Source of the DNA: a virus
Length of the DNA stretch: 64,000 nucleotides
Reading direction: 5' to 3' (one strand)
Virus genome (UHGV): UHGV-1362809
The translations under genes and the position numbers were made by a program. Below are positions 47,587 to 58,264 of the stretch, piece by piece; position 1 is the stretch's first letter, and every line of letters begins with the position of its first letter. The notes below the pieces were generated by a model that saw only the letters and a program-made list of their open reading frames with translations, ran no database searches and was not told where the DNA came from.

Positions 47587-49008
47587 ATGAGTTTACCTAT
47601 TTTATCTTCTAACACAATTCAAGCTATGGTGACTCCTTGGTGTACTTATAGGGGTCAGCAAGCTTACGATAACACAAACTTAGCACCTCTGTTGAGTATG
47701 CCAAAAATACAAGATGTTACTTGTGACGTAGTGGCAGGCAAGACAAGTAATTCAGGTTACACTTTAGAAGGAACTACGTATCAGTCTAAATATGATCCTA
47801 ACTGGTATATATGTTTTACTTCCAGTACTGAGGCTGTTGTATTTTCATCTAAGTATAGCCATACTAAAATTACTTTTACTTCTCCTATAATGCAGATAAT
47901 AGATGAAAGTTTGGATAAAATATATTTTACTTATGGAGAACTTAAATTTTCAGGTAGTTTAACAGACTACTGTTTCTGTGGTGTTATAGTACTAAATAAG
48001 CAAACAAATACTATCACGCCTATACAAATGCTTAATGCCTATAATATTCCTGCCTTTTATTGCATCTGGGAGTCACAAAATACATATTTGTTTGCTGTCA
48101 CTAATGGAAGTGGTTTTAGTAATACTGGGTATGTTAATCTGATGCAATATAACTATACTACTAATTCTTACTCTATTGTACGCACATATAAATACACAGA
48201 TAATAGATACAGTTATTATAATGATATAAGATATTCTAAAGTAGTAGATGGCTATTTTTATGGCGGCTATACCAATGGAAGTATATGGTATTTATTTAAA
48301 GCAAGTATTGACAGCAGCTCCTTGTATCAGATGGAGTGTAGTGAATCTTCTTCACTTTACAATAGTTCTGTGTATAAACAAGTATTTCCAACTAAGGATA
48401 AAGATGGCAACATTTATATCTCTCTATATGAGAACTATATCAGTAATCAATCTGGGAGAATAAGAGTATACACGACGGAAGGATGGTCTTCTGACTTAGC
48501 AACTATTCCAACTATTTCTGCCGTTCAAACTATTAATTCAATTAGTCATTTAGTTGTTATTGATGAGGAAAACTTACTTGTGGGAAATGGAACTACCATT
48601 TCACGACTCCAGTGGAATAAAAACACTATTAGTTGGGAAACTAAATCTACCTTTGATGTAAATATGATGTATAATTATTTTTGTATGGATATAGCAGGTA
48701 GAATTTGGGTCAGGGGAGACAGTACAATAGTTCGTATACTTCCTGGACAAGGGGTAAACTTAATGTGTTCCTTTGAAAAGGATACATATCTATGGGAAGG
48801 TCAGAATATAAATACTATGGTTACTTTGAGCATCTTAGACCAGATAGGCAACTCTGTTACAACTGACCAAAAAGTACACCTATATGGCAATATAACTTTT
48901 GAGGACGGGTCCCAAACTAAGGTTCTAAGTTTTGATAAAGCCTCCGAATTATCGATTCCTGTGACAATAACGGGAGTAGGTAACATGGATTGTTTATTGG
49001 AGTTTTAA
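47587..49008 (+). CDS. Putative receptor-binding / tail fibre protein A
   Basis: Tyr/Asn/Ser/Thr-rich; C-terminal ~50 aa homologous to the C-terminus of the next gene (IPVTITGVGN vs IPVQITGDGV). Confidence 0.5.
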   Translation: MSLPILSSNTIQAMVTPWCTYRGQQAYDNTNLAPLLSMPKIQDVTCDVVAGKTSNSGYTLEGTTYQSKYDPNWYICFTSSTEAVVFSSKYSHTKITFTSPIMQIIDESLDKIYFTYGELKFSGSLTDYCFCGVIVLNKQTNTITPIQMLNAYNIPAFYCIWESQNTYLFAVTNGSGFSNTGYVNLMQYNYTTNSYSIVRTYKYTDNRYSYYNDIRYSKVVDGYFYGGYTNGSIWYLFKASIDSSSLYQMECSESSSLYNSSVYKQVFPTKDKDGNIYISLYENYISNQSGRIRVYTTEGWSSDLATIPTISAVQTINSISHLVVIDEENLLVGNGTTISRLQWNKNTISWETKSTFDVNMMYNYFCMDIAGRIWVRGDSTIVRILPGQGVNLMCSFEKDTYLWEGQNINTMVTLSILDQIGNSVTTDQKVHLYGNITFEDGSQTKVLSFDKASELSIPVTITGVGNMDCLLEF

Positions 49009-49010
49009 TA

Positions 49011-50663
49011 ATGAAATTACAGGTAAATTCAAATTTTTTCGGTATTTTTAATAATAACTATATTGCCTCCAGTCAATTATTAACAAGGGATTTTAAATGT
49101 TTCCCATTAACTTGTAGTGCTGTTGGTTTTGACAAAACAAATTCTTATTTGTATAGTTATAAAAATCCTATTTTGAAGTGTTCCACGAGTATAGGCGCCC
49201 GCAGAAATTTTCCTTGCTACCTTACTGGCTATGAAAATAATGGTGTGGACTATTTAGTGTATACAACACCAGAAGAAGAAATAACTGGTAGTAATAAGTT
49301 GTCATTTTCTAATAATTTAGTGGACTGCGTCTCCACGTCACAAATTGTTCCTTTACCAAGATATAAGACGCAGCTGTATTTATACGCTGATGGAGGAGAT
49401 GCTCAAGCTGGATCTAGCTCCTACTATTCTTATGGTAATCCTAATTTTTCGGGATTTAGCGTAAGAGACAGTGACGGTCACGCCTTGTTATGGTTTAACT
49501 TTTATACCAATGATGCCTATCATTGTTCTAACTATTGCTCTTATAGAATTATATCTCAGTCTTCAGAAAGGGACATAATAGGATTGGACACACTACATAG
49601 TGGAAGATCCGCAGCTACTGGATCTTCCACTACTGGTATATCTAACATTACTATCGATGATATTATCACTAAAAATTCCAAAACTAATAGGTTTTCTATT
49701 TTTTCTGTGGATAAAGACAAAGTAGGTAACTCTTATACTATAACCACCGATACCGATTGGGATATTACTATTTCCACAGATTACACAGACCAACAACCAG
49801 TGTTAGACACTCGGTGTTCCTTATCCATTGATAATTCCGATGGTACGTTTACACTTTATCAAGTTCGTAGACTTAAATCAGATAATAAAATTCTTGGTTT
49901 ATGGAAATTAGTAGGAAATGAGCAAGAGCATACTGTACAAGGCACTTTAATTACTATCGATGTTCCTATTCCTTTTGCTATTTATGACTGTACCAATAAG
50001 AGTAATACTTATAATTACCATACAGAGTACTACAGAGAAAATAATAAATCTTTTGTAACAGTAGTAGTTTGTGCTAACACAAATATGACTACTTATAGTG
50101 AGAACGTAGGCATTTACACTTATGAAGTAGACGAAACTGCAAATACAGCCACCTTTAAGGGGTCTTATAAAAATCCCAACAACTATATTATGAGCTACTT
50201 TATGATAGCCTCAAAAACTATGCTTACTGCCTCTCCACTTGGTTATGAAATTTTGAGTTTTGATACCACCGCAGGTGTTTGGAAAAAGACGGCTGGTAAA
50301 GATTTATCCTTAGATTGTATTGTATATGATGACGTTTCTAATGCACTATTTTATGTAGATACCTCTCATGTTGCGTACATGGATAAACTTGACTTAGCTA
50401 TGACTGCCGACTGGGGTTGGTCTAACCCCAACCAAATTTGGGAAGGCTCAGCTATAGATACTACCTTGTATATGTCTTGCGCTGACTATACAGGTAAATT
50501 AGTATCCCAAAACGTAACTTTGTACATAGAAGGAAATGCAGTGTTTACAGAGAATAATCTCAAATCAATTACTGTTTCTACTTCTGCTACTGATAAAATC
50601 TTGATTCCTGTACAAATTACTGGAGATGGTGTTATAACAGTTTCAGCAAAAGCCGCTATTTAA
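49011..50663 (+). CDS. Putative receptor-binding / tail fibre protein B (paralogous C-terminal domain)
   Basis: Shared C-terminal domain with the 47587 ORF; start at MKLQVN with GGAG RBS. Confidence 0.5.
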   Translation: MKLQVNSNFFGIFNNNYIASSQLLTRDFKCFPLTCSAVGFDKTNSYLYSYKNPILKCSTSIGARRNFPCYLTGYENNGVDYLVYTTPEEEITGSNKLSFSNNLVDCVSTSQIVPLPRYKTQLYLYADGGDAQAGSSSYYSYGNPNFSGFSVRDSDGHALLWFNFYTNDAYHCSNYCSYRIISQSSERDIIGLDTLHSGRSAATGSSTTGISNITIDDIITKNSKTNRFSIFSVDKDKVGNSYTITTDTDWDITISTDYTDQQPVLDTRCSLSIDNSDGTFTLYQVRRLKSDNKILGLWKLVGNEQEHTVQGTLITIDVPIPFAIYDCTNKSNTYNYHTEYYRENNKSFVTVVVCANTNMTTYSENVGIYTYEVDETANTATFKGSYKNPNNYIMSYFMIASKTMLTASPLGYEILSFDTTAGVWKKTAGKDLSLDCIVYDDVSNALFYVDTSHVAYMDKLDLAMTADWGWSNPNQIWEGSAIDTTLYMSCADYTGKLVSQNVTLYIEGNAVFTENNLKSITVSTSATDKILIPVQITGDGVITVSAKAAI

Positions 50664-50675
50664 TAGGAGGCTACG

Positions 50676-51281
50676 ATGGCTAAAGTTATACAAACTTTAG
50701 GAAATTCACAGGTACGGATAACCAACGCACATTCTTTGTGCGTTGGTGACAATCATACTTTTGATTCCTACAACGATCTTGGTTATAGAAAATCAGATGG
50801 TACATCAGGAGATTTTTCGGATGTTGTCTGTGTTGAATACACCAACGTAGAATATCCTAAACCGCATTACCCGACAACTTCAAATCCTAATACCTGCTTA
50901 TTTGAACAACAGCAAATAGAAGTATATAGGAAACTGTATCAGTACCAGCCAGAAGATTTTTTGGTTACTTCTGTACCAGAGCAATTCAACACCACAAGAC
51001 AAATTATGGTGCCTAATTATTCCAAGGACGTTCAACCTGACGTGAATATTTCAAGCCTTGGTGATTTTGTTATTACAGTTCCAAAACAGAGATGGTTTAG
51101 TTTGCAGTTAGAAATTTCTGAAAACTCCAATTACACAGAATTGCCTCCTGGAGTAGAACTTAAAGGTAATACCTTACAGGGAATAGTTCAACAGTCTGGT
51201 ACTTGGAAGGGAACAATAACTTCCGGGACTACGATGGTTGGGTATACAATAGTTGTACCGGAAATTTTAAGAATAGGATAG
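50676..51281 (+). CDS. Hypothetical tail-associated protein
   Basis: RBS aggagg upstream. Confidence 0.45.
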   Translation: MAKVIQTLGNSQVRITNAHSLCVGDNHTFDSYNDLGYRKSDGTSGDFSDVVCVEYTNVEYPKPHYPTTSNPNTCLFEQQQIEVYRKLYQYQPEDFLVTSVPEQFNTTRQIMVPNYSKDVQPDVNISSLGDFVITVPKQRWFSLQLEISENSNYTELPPGVELKGNTLQGIVQQSGTWKGTITSGTTMVGYTIVVPEILRIG

Positions 51282-51285
51282 TACT

Positions 51286-51861
51286 ATGATTAAATATTAT
51301 ACAAATGGTTTCGAGTTTGCGGACGAAAACTGTAGGTTAGCACAATTTCACGATCCAGCAACAGGGTTACCTTTTGAAGGGTATGAAGAAGTTGCCCAGT
51401 ACGTCGTGGATAATGTTTATCCTTCCTACCCTAATATTATTGATGAGTCGTTTGATTGGTTTAATCAGAATGAAATAGAGTGTCCTAAGGCTATTTTGAC
51501 CTACAAATTAGATGACCTTAAATCCTTAAAATATCAGGAAATAAATGACTCTAAACAAAAAGCTCAGGATATTGGGGTACTATACAAAGGCTATCACTAT
51601 CAAATGGATGCAGATGGTAAAGCAAACATTTTGGGTATTCGTATTGCAATACAAGATGGTTCCTATACGCAGTTCCCTATTGCTTTCAAAACGTATGAAA
51701 ACAAATATGTACAGTTGTCAAAAGACGAATACATAGAAATGTCCAATGCGGCTTTAAACTTCGTGTACAAATGTCTTGAACAAAAAGAGACATTGTGTGC
51801 CAAAGTAAATGCGGCTACCTCTGTTGAGGAACTTGACGTAATTAAATGGGAGTTTGAATGA
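51286..51861 (+). CDS. Hypothetical protein
   Basis: 191-aa ORF. Confidence 0.45.
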   Translation: MIKYYTNGFEFADENCRLAQFHDPATGLPFEGYEEVAQYVVDNVYPSYPNIIDESFDWFNQNEIECPKAILTYKLDDLKSLKYQEINDSKQKAQDIGVLYKGYHYQMDADGKANILGIRIAIQDGSYTQFPIAFKTYENKYVQLSKDEYIEMSNAALNFVYKCLEQKETLCAKVNAATSVEELDVIKWEFE

Positions 51862-52499
51862 TGACTTTTATTTTATCTATTTTGTGCGGGTTTTTTGAAT
51901 CCTGTTGGCGTAGAGTATTCGGTGGTAAAGACTGTAAATATCAAGTGTTTGAAATACGTGGAGTACAACACGTTATAAACTGTTTGTTTTTAGCGGCAAT
52001 TTTTACCTACAAGTTTTGGTTTTTGCCGACTTGGTGGATACTAGCACTTTCCGTAGTGTATATGACAATTATTTGGGAGATAGAATTTTGGACTCGTGCC
52101 CATGGTCCTCAGTTTGACGAAGGCAGAGACCTTAATCCTACATCTTATGCTATTAAACGTTATGAGAGACAATGGTTTTGTCATTATCTTCTAACTCCAT
52201 TGTACAACAAAATGGGTTGGACTAAATATAAGTTTAGCTATGACTTTGTGTCAATGGCAATGAGATATACTTTCCCTTGTCTGTGGTTGACTCCATTTTA
52301 TGGTTGGAATATACTATGGATAGGTGCTTTAGTTAGTCCTATTTATTCATTTTGTTGGCAGTTCAAAGAACTGGAAAATAATAGGTATGGAAGTACTCAA
52401 TTAGCTGAATACATTGTTGGGGCATTAGTTGGTTTTGGTCTAATGTTTTTACCGACAAACGGATGGTTATTAACTTATTTAAAGGTGTCAAATGTTTAA
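51858..52499 (+). CDS. Polytopic membrane protein
   Basis: At least 4 hydrophobic segments (e.g. CLFLAAIFTYKFWFLPTWWILALSVVYMTIIW, ILWIGALVSPIYSF, IVGALVGFGLMFL). Confidence 0.5.
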   Translation: MMTFILSILCGFFESCWRRVFGGKDCKYQVFEIRGVQHVINCLFLAAIFTYKFWFLPTWWILALSVVYMTIIWEIEFWTRAHGPQFDEGRDLNPTSYAIKRYERQWFCHYLLTPLYNKMGWTKYKFSYDFVSMAMRYTFPCLWLTPFYGWNILWIGALVSPIYSFCWQFKELENNRYGSTQLAEYIVGALVGFGLMFLPTNGWLLTYLKVSNV

Positions 52500-53307
52500 G
52501 GAACAAGCAATAAGTCAACGTCAATGGGATGAAATGAAACAGTCTGAAAAGAAGGCGTTTTCAAAACAGCATCCAAACTCTAAATTCGCAAAGGCTTTTC
52601 AGTTGGCAATCTACAAAACGAAAAAGTCAAAACTGTCAAAAGAAATTAGAGAATTAAAAGTAGGCCTTACAAAACGAATTTCTAAATCCCGTAAGGAACT
52701 TTTAACCAAATCTATTAAGTCTAAACAGACCAAACTCAAAAATCTAAATACTTTGATTAAAGAATTAGAAGTTGTGAATACTGTTAAGACTGCTCCTAAG
52801 TCTTCTGCTTCTACTATAAAATCCGTTCGTACAGATGCATCAAATATGTATGACTTGCTCAATGAAATAGAAACCTTAGACTCTTGGGTAAGATACTATT
52901 ATGCTGACGACACAACAAGTCAGTGGGATGACGCAAAAAAGTATGAAAAACTATTGGCTGAAAAGGAAGAACAGTTAAAGCAACTGTTAGCTAAGCCTAA
53001 AAAACAAAAACCCCTGATAAATATTTTACAGGATTTGATCCCCTTTGTTGGATTTAAGGAATCAGAGGTACAGTTCGACAAAAAACATAATAGTATGCTC
53101 GTTCGTGCCGTACAACCTCTTAATGCCTCTGAAACTCCCTATACAATTAGTGGAAACCTTGTTGGTAAAAAGAATGGTTGGGAAATAGAGGGTAAGTTCA
53201 ACCCGTATTATGAGTCTAAACTACAAAATATTGCTAAGGTGTTATCCACCTTTGGCACAAATGTTACCAACGTCAAGAAAATACATTTTGAAATCGAAGT
53301 AAAATGA
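52492..53307 (+). CDS. Protein with conserved basic N-terminal module (family member A)
   Basis: N-terminal ...QWDEMKQSEKKAFSKQHPNSKFAKA... plus K-rich coiled-coil, homologous to the N-termini of ORFs 55854, 57484, 63888. Confidence 0.55.
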   Translation: MFKEQAISQRQWDEMKQSEKKAFSKQHPNSKFAKAFQLAIYKTKKSKLSKEIRELKVGLTKRISKSRKELLTKSIKSKQTKLKNLNTLIKELEVVNTVKTAPKSSASTIKSVRTDASNMYDLLNEIETLDSWVRYYYADDTTSQWDDAKKYEKLLAEKEEQLKQLLAKPKKQKPLINILQDLIPFVGFKESEVQFDKKHNSMLVRAVQPLNASETPYTISGNLVGKKNGWEIEGKFNPYYESKLQNIAKVLSTFGTNVTNVKKIHFEIEVK

Positions 53308-54431
53308 AAGATATATCAAACAGATTTGGTATTTATGACCGACCACTTGATTTAGATAAACTTCCTTACACGCCGTCCTTATTCTCAATAAGTAGGTGGG
53401 GCGGTATTTTGGATAAGTCTACAACCAAGTGGTTTGGTTTTCCTTCTAAAAATTCTATACAAACTGTATGTACCAGACACTATGGGTTTTACAGTACTCC
53501 TTTAAAGTGCGTATTGCATCTGGTGCAGGACGGGGAGGTAGTTTTTAATTATATACAAGACCGAGCTATACAGGAATTTGACTTTACTTCCTCTGGTAAA
53601 TCTATTTTGGAAGTATACGTTCAGCCATCTAAAATTCAAAATCGACGTATGATATTGACTATACAATCTATAGCAAAACAGTACCAACAGTTTTTTAAAG
53701 CAAATGGTAGTTCTAAAACCTTATACTTTGACCTGTATATACCTCAGAATAATGCTTTTGTAAGACGTCAGACTTACGGGGTTTCAAGTTTTGAAAGTGC
53801 CTTGATTGACGTACAGCGAAATTACAAAGCCTATGAGTCTAATAAACTGCATACTTCCGCTCCGAGATTTAAAGTTATAAGTAAGGAGGCTTTTATGGAA
53901 CCAAAAAAGCTTAAAAAGAGATTTGAAAATATTGATATAGAAGATGCTAACTATATGTTGGACGACCAAGGCTATTTTACCAAGGATATACCTATAAATA
54001 CCCACCCAGTAGAACAGAGGGTAGGAACAGTTTTGAGTAGTTTAGAAACTGCCTGTTTGGTAGATACCTTTAATTACGGTGATGACGTGATACAGCGTTG
54101 TATGGACGTAGATAGGGGTAATAGAGTATTTTCACGTTATTATATCCTTAACAGGGATAAAGAGCTACAGCAAAAAATAGAATCCATGTTTCCTTGTACC
54201 TGTGTCGTAGTAGATAAGTGTATAAAGCAGTTATACACGGTTCCTGAGTACAGAAATAATGGTTATGCTAAAACCTTGTTGAAATTTTTATTTAGTACTC
54301 CTTCTATTTGTGATGCTAAAATAATACGGGCTGAACCTTTTGGTGATAAGTCGATGACTGCCGAGGACTTAAAAAGTTTATATAAGTCCTTAGCCCTTAG
54401 CTGTGGTAGGTCAGATATTCAAGTACTTTAG
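53304..54431 (+). CDS. Hypothetical protein with possible C-terminal GNAT acetyltransferase motif
   Basis: C-terminal VVVDKCIKQLYTVPEYRNNGYAKTLLKFLF resembles GNAT motif A (Q/R-x-x-G-x-G/A). Confidence 0.35.
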   Translation: MKDISNRFGIYDRPLDLDKLPYTPSLFSISRWGGILDKSTTKWFGFPSKNSIQTVCTRHYGFYSTPLKCVLHLVQDGEVVFNYIQDRAIQEFDFTSSGKSILEVYVQPSKIQNRRMILTIQSIAKQYQQFFKANGSSKTLYFDLYIPQNNAFVRRQTYGVSSFESALIDVQRNYKAYESNKLHTSAPRFKVISKEAFMEPKKLKKRFENIDIEDANYMLDDQGYFTKDIPINTHPVEQRVGTVLSSLETACLVDTFNYGDDVIQRCMDVDRGNRVFSRYYILNRDKELQQKIESMFPCTCVVVDKCIKQLYTVPEYRNNGYAKTLLKFLFSTPSICDAKIIRAEPFGDKSMTAEDLKSLYKSLALSCGRSDIQVL

Positions 54432-54532
54432 GAGGTTAGTTATGTATGGATACCCAAGTACAAAAAATGTTATATTTATTGGAAAAACAGTAAAATATCC
54501 TGATTTAAAATTTCCTAAATAGGAGGCTTTAT

Positions 54533-55786
54533 ATGGCGATAAATATTGGAAGGGGTGTCAGACAGCAGTCCTCTGTTTTGAAACCGTCCAACTACGGTAT
54601 GTCCCATATTGCAAAAGAACGATTGGTACAGTATGTTGGCATGGCAGTGCAAAAACATATAGAGGCTGTTGAAGTAGATGGTACTCCTGCTGAAATATGG
54701 ATAAAACAAACTGGTGGTAGAGTATGTAGCTGTCAACACCCACAAATAACTACTTCTAACTCTGTTGGTAGCGACACCCCTATACATATCCAGGAAGTTC
54801 AGGAACAAAATCCTTTTACTTTTAAGATAAAATCTCCTGAGGACGTTATTGACGCAGGAGAATATTACAATGAAAATAGGGAACCTGCTACAACATTAGA
54901 AACAGACGAAGGTAATTGGACAACCCAGTTTAATACTGGTGGTTCTGGTTTAACAGACCAACCTTCTAATTTGTTGGACGAGGGTGTAGCAAGTTTATTG
55001 TTTGGTGGGGATAAATCTACCTGTGGTATTTGCTTCGGTACTGGGTGGACAGATGGTTATCGACTTGTTAATGGGCAACGTGTTGTAATAGACGCTACTT
55101 TGCCTAACAACGTGTGCATGGCGTCTATAGATGTTGATACTTTACCATATTCATTTAAACTTCCAGGAGATAATAAATCCTATATAGAATGGTTAGGTGT
55201 ACAAGTACCTAGATACTTTAAAGACGCACAATTTAGTTTGTTCAACAATACAATTCCTGTGCAGGGTGTAGTGCTGATAAGACCGTCAAATACTGAAGAA
55301 TATAAACCTTTGTCGTTGTCCAATTTGTTAGACATAAAGAGTGCTTTTATGGATGTTAAGATTGTTGGACAGTTTAACAAACCGTTGCAGTTTACACATC
55401 TTAACTTGGTATATACTACTTCGGACTTTCCAAAAATAGATACACCTCCTTTTGAAAGGTCGGAGAATTATCAGTTTTTCGAGGCTCTTATGACTACCAA
55501 CTTTGAGGTTCCTGGATCTATTCCTTATGTTGACCGTGAGTCCGTAATAGGAATTGCCAAGGAAGGTTTTTTGTGGAAAGTAAGTTCGGTAAACCAAACC
55601 ATGACACACGAAAGACAAATATTCAAGTCAACTATAACCGCTCGTCTAATTCAACGAAGTGAATGTCTATACCTGCTCAATGGATTATTTAGACCAAAAA
55701 CGGTGTATAATTTTAGGGGACTTGAACGTATACAAGGACTAAGTAATTATATCGATAGGCAGTATAAAAATATGCAAGGTGTCTAA
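54533..55786 (+). CDS. Hypothetical virion-associated protein
   Basis: RBS aggagg upstream; 417 aa. Confidence 0.45.
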   Translation: MAINIGRGVRQQSSVLKPSNYGMSHIAKERLVQYVGMAVQKHIEAVEVDGTPAEIWIKQTGGRVCSCQHPQITTSNSVGSDTPIHIQEVQEQNPFTFKIKSPEDVIDAGEYYNENREPATTLETDEGNWTTQFNTGGSGLTDQPSNLLDEGVASLLFGGDKSTCGICFGTGWTDGYRLVNGQRVVIDATLPNNVCMASIDVDTLPYSFKLPGDNKSYIEWLGVQVPRYFKDAQFSLFNNTIPVQGVVLIRPSNTEEYKPLSLSNLLDIKSAFMDVKIVGQFNKPLQFTHLNLVYTTSDFPKIDTPPFERSENYQFFEALMTTNFEVPGSIPYVDRESVIGIAKEGFLWKVSSVNQTMTHERQIFKSTITARLIQRSECLYLLNGLFRPKTVYNFRGLERIQGLSNYIDRQYKNMQGV

Positions 55787-55794
55787 CTTGGTAA

Positions 55795-55818
55795 GGGTGT
55801 GGAGGTATTTCCACACCC
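55795..55818 (+). terminator. Terminator hairpin gggtgtgg/ccacaccc
   Basis: 8-bp perfect stem followed directly by the AT-rich motif. Confidence 0.45.
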
Positions 55819-55835
55819 AATAATTTTTATATATA
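55819..55835 (+). promoter_or_regulatory. Late-promoter-like motif aataatttttatatata
   Basis: Copy of the conserved motif 19 nt upstream of gene 55854. Confidence 0.4.
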
Positions 55836-55853
55836 GTCAAAATAGGTGATATT

Positions 55854-57491
55854 ATGTATATTATTGAAGCTATAACAAAACAAGGTTGGGATAAACTTAC
55901 TCCTGCTGAAAAGAAGAAATATGCTAAACAACACCCTAACTCTAACTTTTCAAGAGCTCTTAATTTATCAATTCTTAGGGTTAAAGCTAAGGAAATAAGT
56001 GGTAAAATAGCTCAGTTAAAGGTAGATATTGTTAAGTACAAGTCTAAGGCTAAAAAATTACAGCTCACTCAAAGTATAAAGTACAATACTACTCGTTTAT
56101 CTAATATAAAAGCTGAAATAGTTAGACTACAAAAATTATTAACACCTTCTAATCAAGGTACAGTAGTTAAAGTCCCTTCCAAACCAAAAGTATCCAAGGA
56201 GCCTATTACCAAAACTAAAAACTACGACAAACTACCTATGCCTGTTGAAGACGACTATATGGATAAACGGTGGAAACAGTCTAAACAAAAAATAGAAAAA
56301 TTGTATGAATTAGAAGCAGATGAAGATGCTTTACGTCGTAAACATTTAGACTGGACTAATCAGCATAAGGATGTTGATTTTACACAGTTACCAGAGTATC
56401 AGCAGTACCATCAAAAACGGGGAGATTTGTTCGAAGAGTGTATGAAATTAAAAAAGTCTTTTAAACCGTATGATAATATGCGTTATAGACAAATGAATTT
56501 TATTGCCTCTTTAGAAGACTCAAATAAACGTGTTCGTTCTAACTTGTTTAAATACTTAGATAAATGTATGACTTCACAGCCTATATCACCTAAGGAATTT
56601 AATGAAATAAAACAGCAAGTATCTCAGTCAATAGATGATTGTGGTATAGATTATTTTATTGCGTTGGTAAATACTAATGAAGACTATGGCGACTACTGGG
56701 ATTATATAGAAAAACATCCTGAAAAGCGTAGTTTGATGGTGCCTATTATGACTCTGTTTGATGAAGAGCAAGTGACAGATGATTCTGAATTTAGTACAGT
56801 ACAACAGCAAAATGAATACTTAGCTACTCTTGCTCCGACGGTACATCTTAATTCCATCAATGATAAGAGACCTATTTGTGAACAGTTTAAAGAACTTGAA
56901 TCTAAATACGTTCCGTTTAGAGTTGACGAAATAAAAACTACCAACCAAAAGTATTCTATTGCTCGTATAAATCTTAATACTTTATCCTTAAATGCCGATA
57001 GTTTTAATAATGCCAAGCTGTATGAAGACGAAACTTATGGAGAGTTCTTAAAGGGTCAAATTAAACGGGCAAATGACATACTTACAGATAACCCTGACCT
57101 ATTGTCCTCTGAACGCAGACAGGTTCTTAACAAAATAAAAGCACTTGAGGAGTCTTTAAAGTATAGATGGTTTACCTTTAGGCAACAAGGTAAATTAGAA
57201 AGTAAATACACGATTACCCACGAATATGGACATTACTTGAGTTTTATTTCAAGATGGGCTGATTCAACAGGCAATATGATACAGCAAGTTTATAATCAGG
57301 TGTACAATAGCAACCTAAAATATAAGCTGACCGAGTACAGTATGTCTAACAGGGAAGAATTTTTTGCTGAATGTTTTAATATGTATCACTACGGTGAGCC
57401 TTTACCAGACATTTGCAAAAATTTAGTGGAAACAGTTATAGAAAAAGCTAAACAAGCTTATAAGGTATTACATGGAGAGAAGTATGTTTAA
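55854..57491 (+). CDS. Family member B: conserved N-terminal module + C-terminal HExxH...E zinc metallopeptidase-like domain
   Basis: N-terminus aligns to member A over ~90 aa; C-terminal ITHEYGHYLSF ... NREEFFAECF (HExxH followed ~30 aa later by an E-x-x-A-E block). Confidence 0.55.
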   Translation: MYIIEAITKQGWDKLTPAEKKKYAKQHPNSNFSRALNLSILRVKAKEISGKIAQLKVDIVKYKSKAKKLQLTQSIKYNTTRLSNIKAEIVRLQKLLTPSNQGTVVKVPSKPKVSKEPITKTKNYDKLPMPVEDDYMDKRWKQSKQKIEKLYELEADEDALRRKHLDWTNQHKDVDFTQLPEYQQYHQKRGDLFEECMKLKKSFKPYDNMRYRQMNFIASLEDSNKRVRSNLFKYLDKCMTSQPISPKEFNEIKQQVSQSIDDCGIDYFIALVNTNEDYGDYWDYIEKHPEKRSLMVPIMTLFDEEQVTDDSEFSTVQQQNEYLATLAPTVHLNSINDKRPICEQFKELESKYVPFRVDEIKTTNQKYSIARINLNTLSLNADSFNNAKLYEDETYGEFLKGQIKRANDILTDNPDLLSSERRQVLNKIKALEESLKYRWFTFRQQGKLESKYTITHEYGHYLSFISRWADSTGNMIQQVYNQVYNSNLKYKLTEYSMSNREEFFAECFNMYHYGEPLPDICKNLVETVIEKAKQAYKVLHGEKYV

Positions 57492-58254
57492 GGAAGAAGC
57501 AAGGGGTTTAAGTGAGGACTCCTTTAAGGCTCTCACACCAACGCAACAAATCAGATACATAAAAGACCATCCTAATTCTAAGTATGCTAAAGAATCAAAA
57601 TGGTTAAGCAGAGCTAAAAGATTAAAGGCAAATAAGGCTGTTCGTAGCACACAGCATAAAGCTCCAAAAAATGTTGTCAACCTATTTATGGACGCAGTTA
57701 AAAAATCCTTTACTCAACGTCAAAAGGCGGCTAACGCAAATAAAAAAGGTGCTATAGTAGTTAAACAGCCAAGTAAATTAACGGTGCCTCCTCCTAAACA
57801 AACCCTATTAGAACAAAAAATTGCCAAGTTAGACCCTTTGTCCTTTATTAAACCAGAGGATACTAAACGACCAGCCCCTACACAGGTAGGTCTAATTACC
57901 AGACGTTATTTGAAAGCCTTGGGATTAGATGGTTCTGTTACTACTGAAAAAGGAAGGGCTTCTTTTGTTTATATTTATTTAAACAACTTATCTCCTGATG
58001 AGGAGTATGCCTTGAATAGCAAACTGCACAGAATCTTCGTGCGTGGAACATTTGATGGTATGCAGGATTGTTATATAACAAATAATTACCGTCCTGGAAT
58101 ACCACAGGTAGATTATTTGTCGCTTACTGTAAACTATACTCCAGATGTTCAAATCAAAATGAATAAATTTATTGAGTCTAAGGGTTTCAAGGTAGTAGAT
58201 ACACTGGGCAGAGAAACAATTAGAATGGCTGAAAAGTTAGGTTTTTGGAAGTAA
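57484..58254 (+). CDS. Family member C: conserved N-terminal module protein
   Basis: MFKEEARGLSEDSFKALTPTQQIRYIKDHPNSKYAKES aligns with members A/B; RBS ggagag upstream of ATG 57484. Confidence 0.5.
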   Translation: MFKEEARGLSEDSFKALTPTQQIRYIKDHPNSKYAKESKWLSRAKRLKANKAVRSTQHKAPKNVVNLFMDAVKKSFTQRQKAANANKKGAIVVKQPSKLTVPPPKQTLLEQKIAKLDPLSFIKPEDTKRPAPTQVGLITRRYLKALGLDGSVTTEKGRASFVYIYLNNLSPDEEYALNSKLHRIFVRGTFDGMQDCYITNNYRPGIPQVDYLSLTVNYTPDVQIKMNKFIESKGFKVVDTLGRETIRMAEKLGFWK

Positions 58255-58264
58255 GAGGTGTGTA

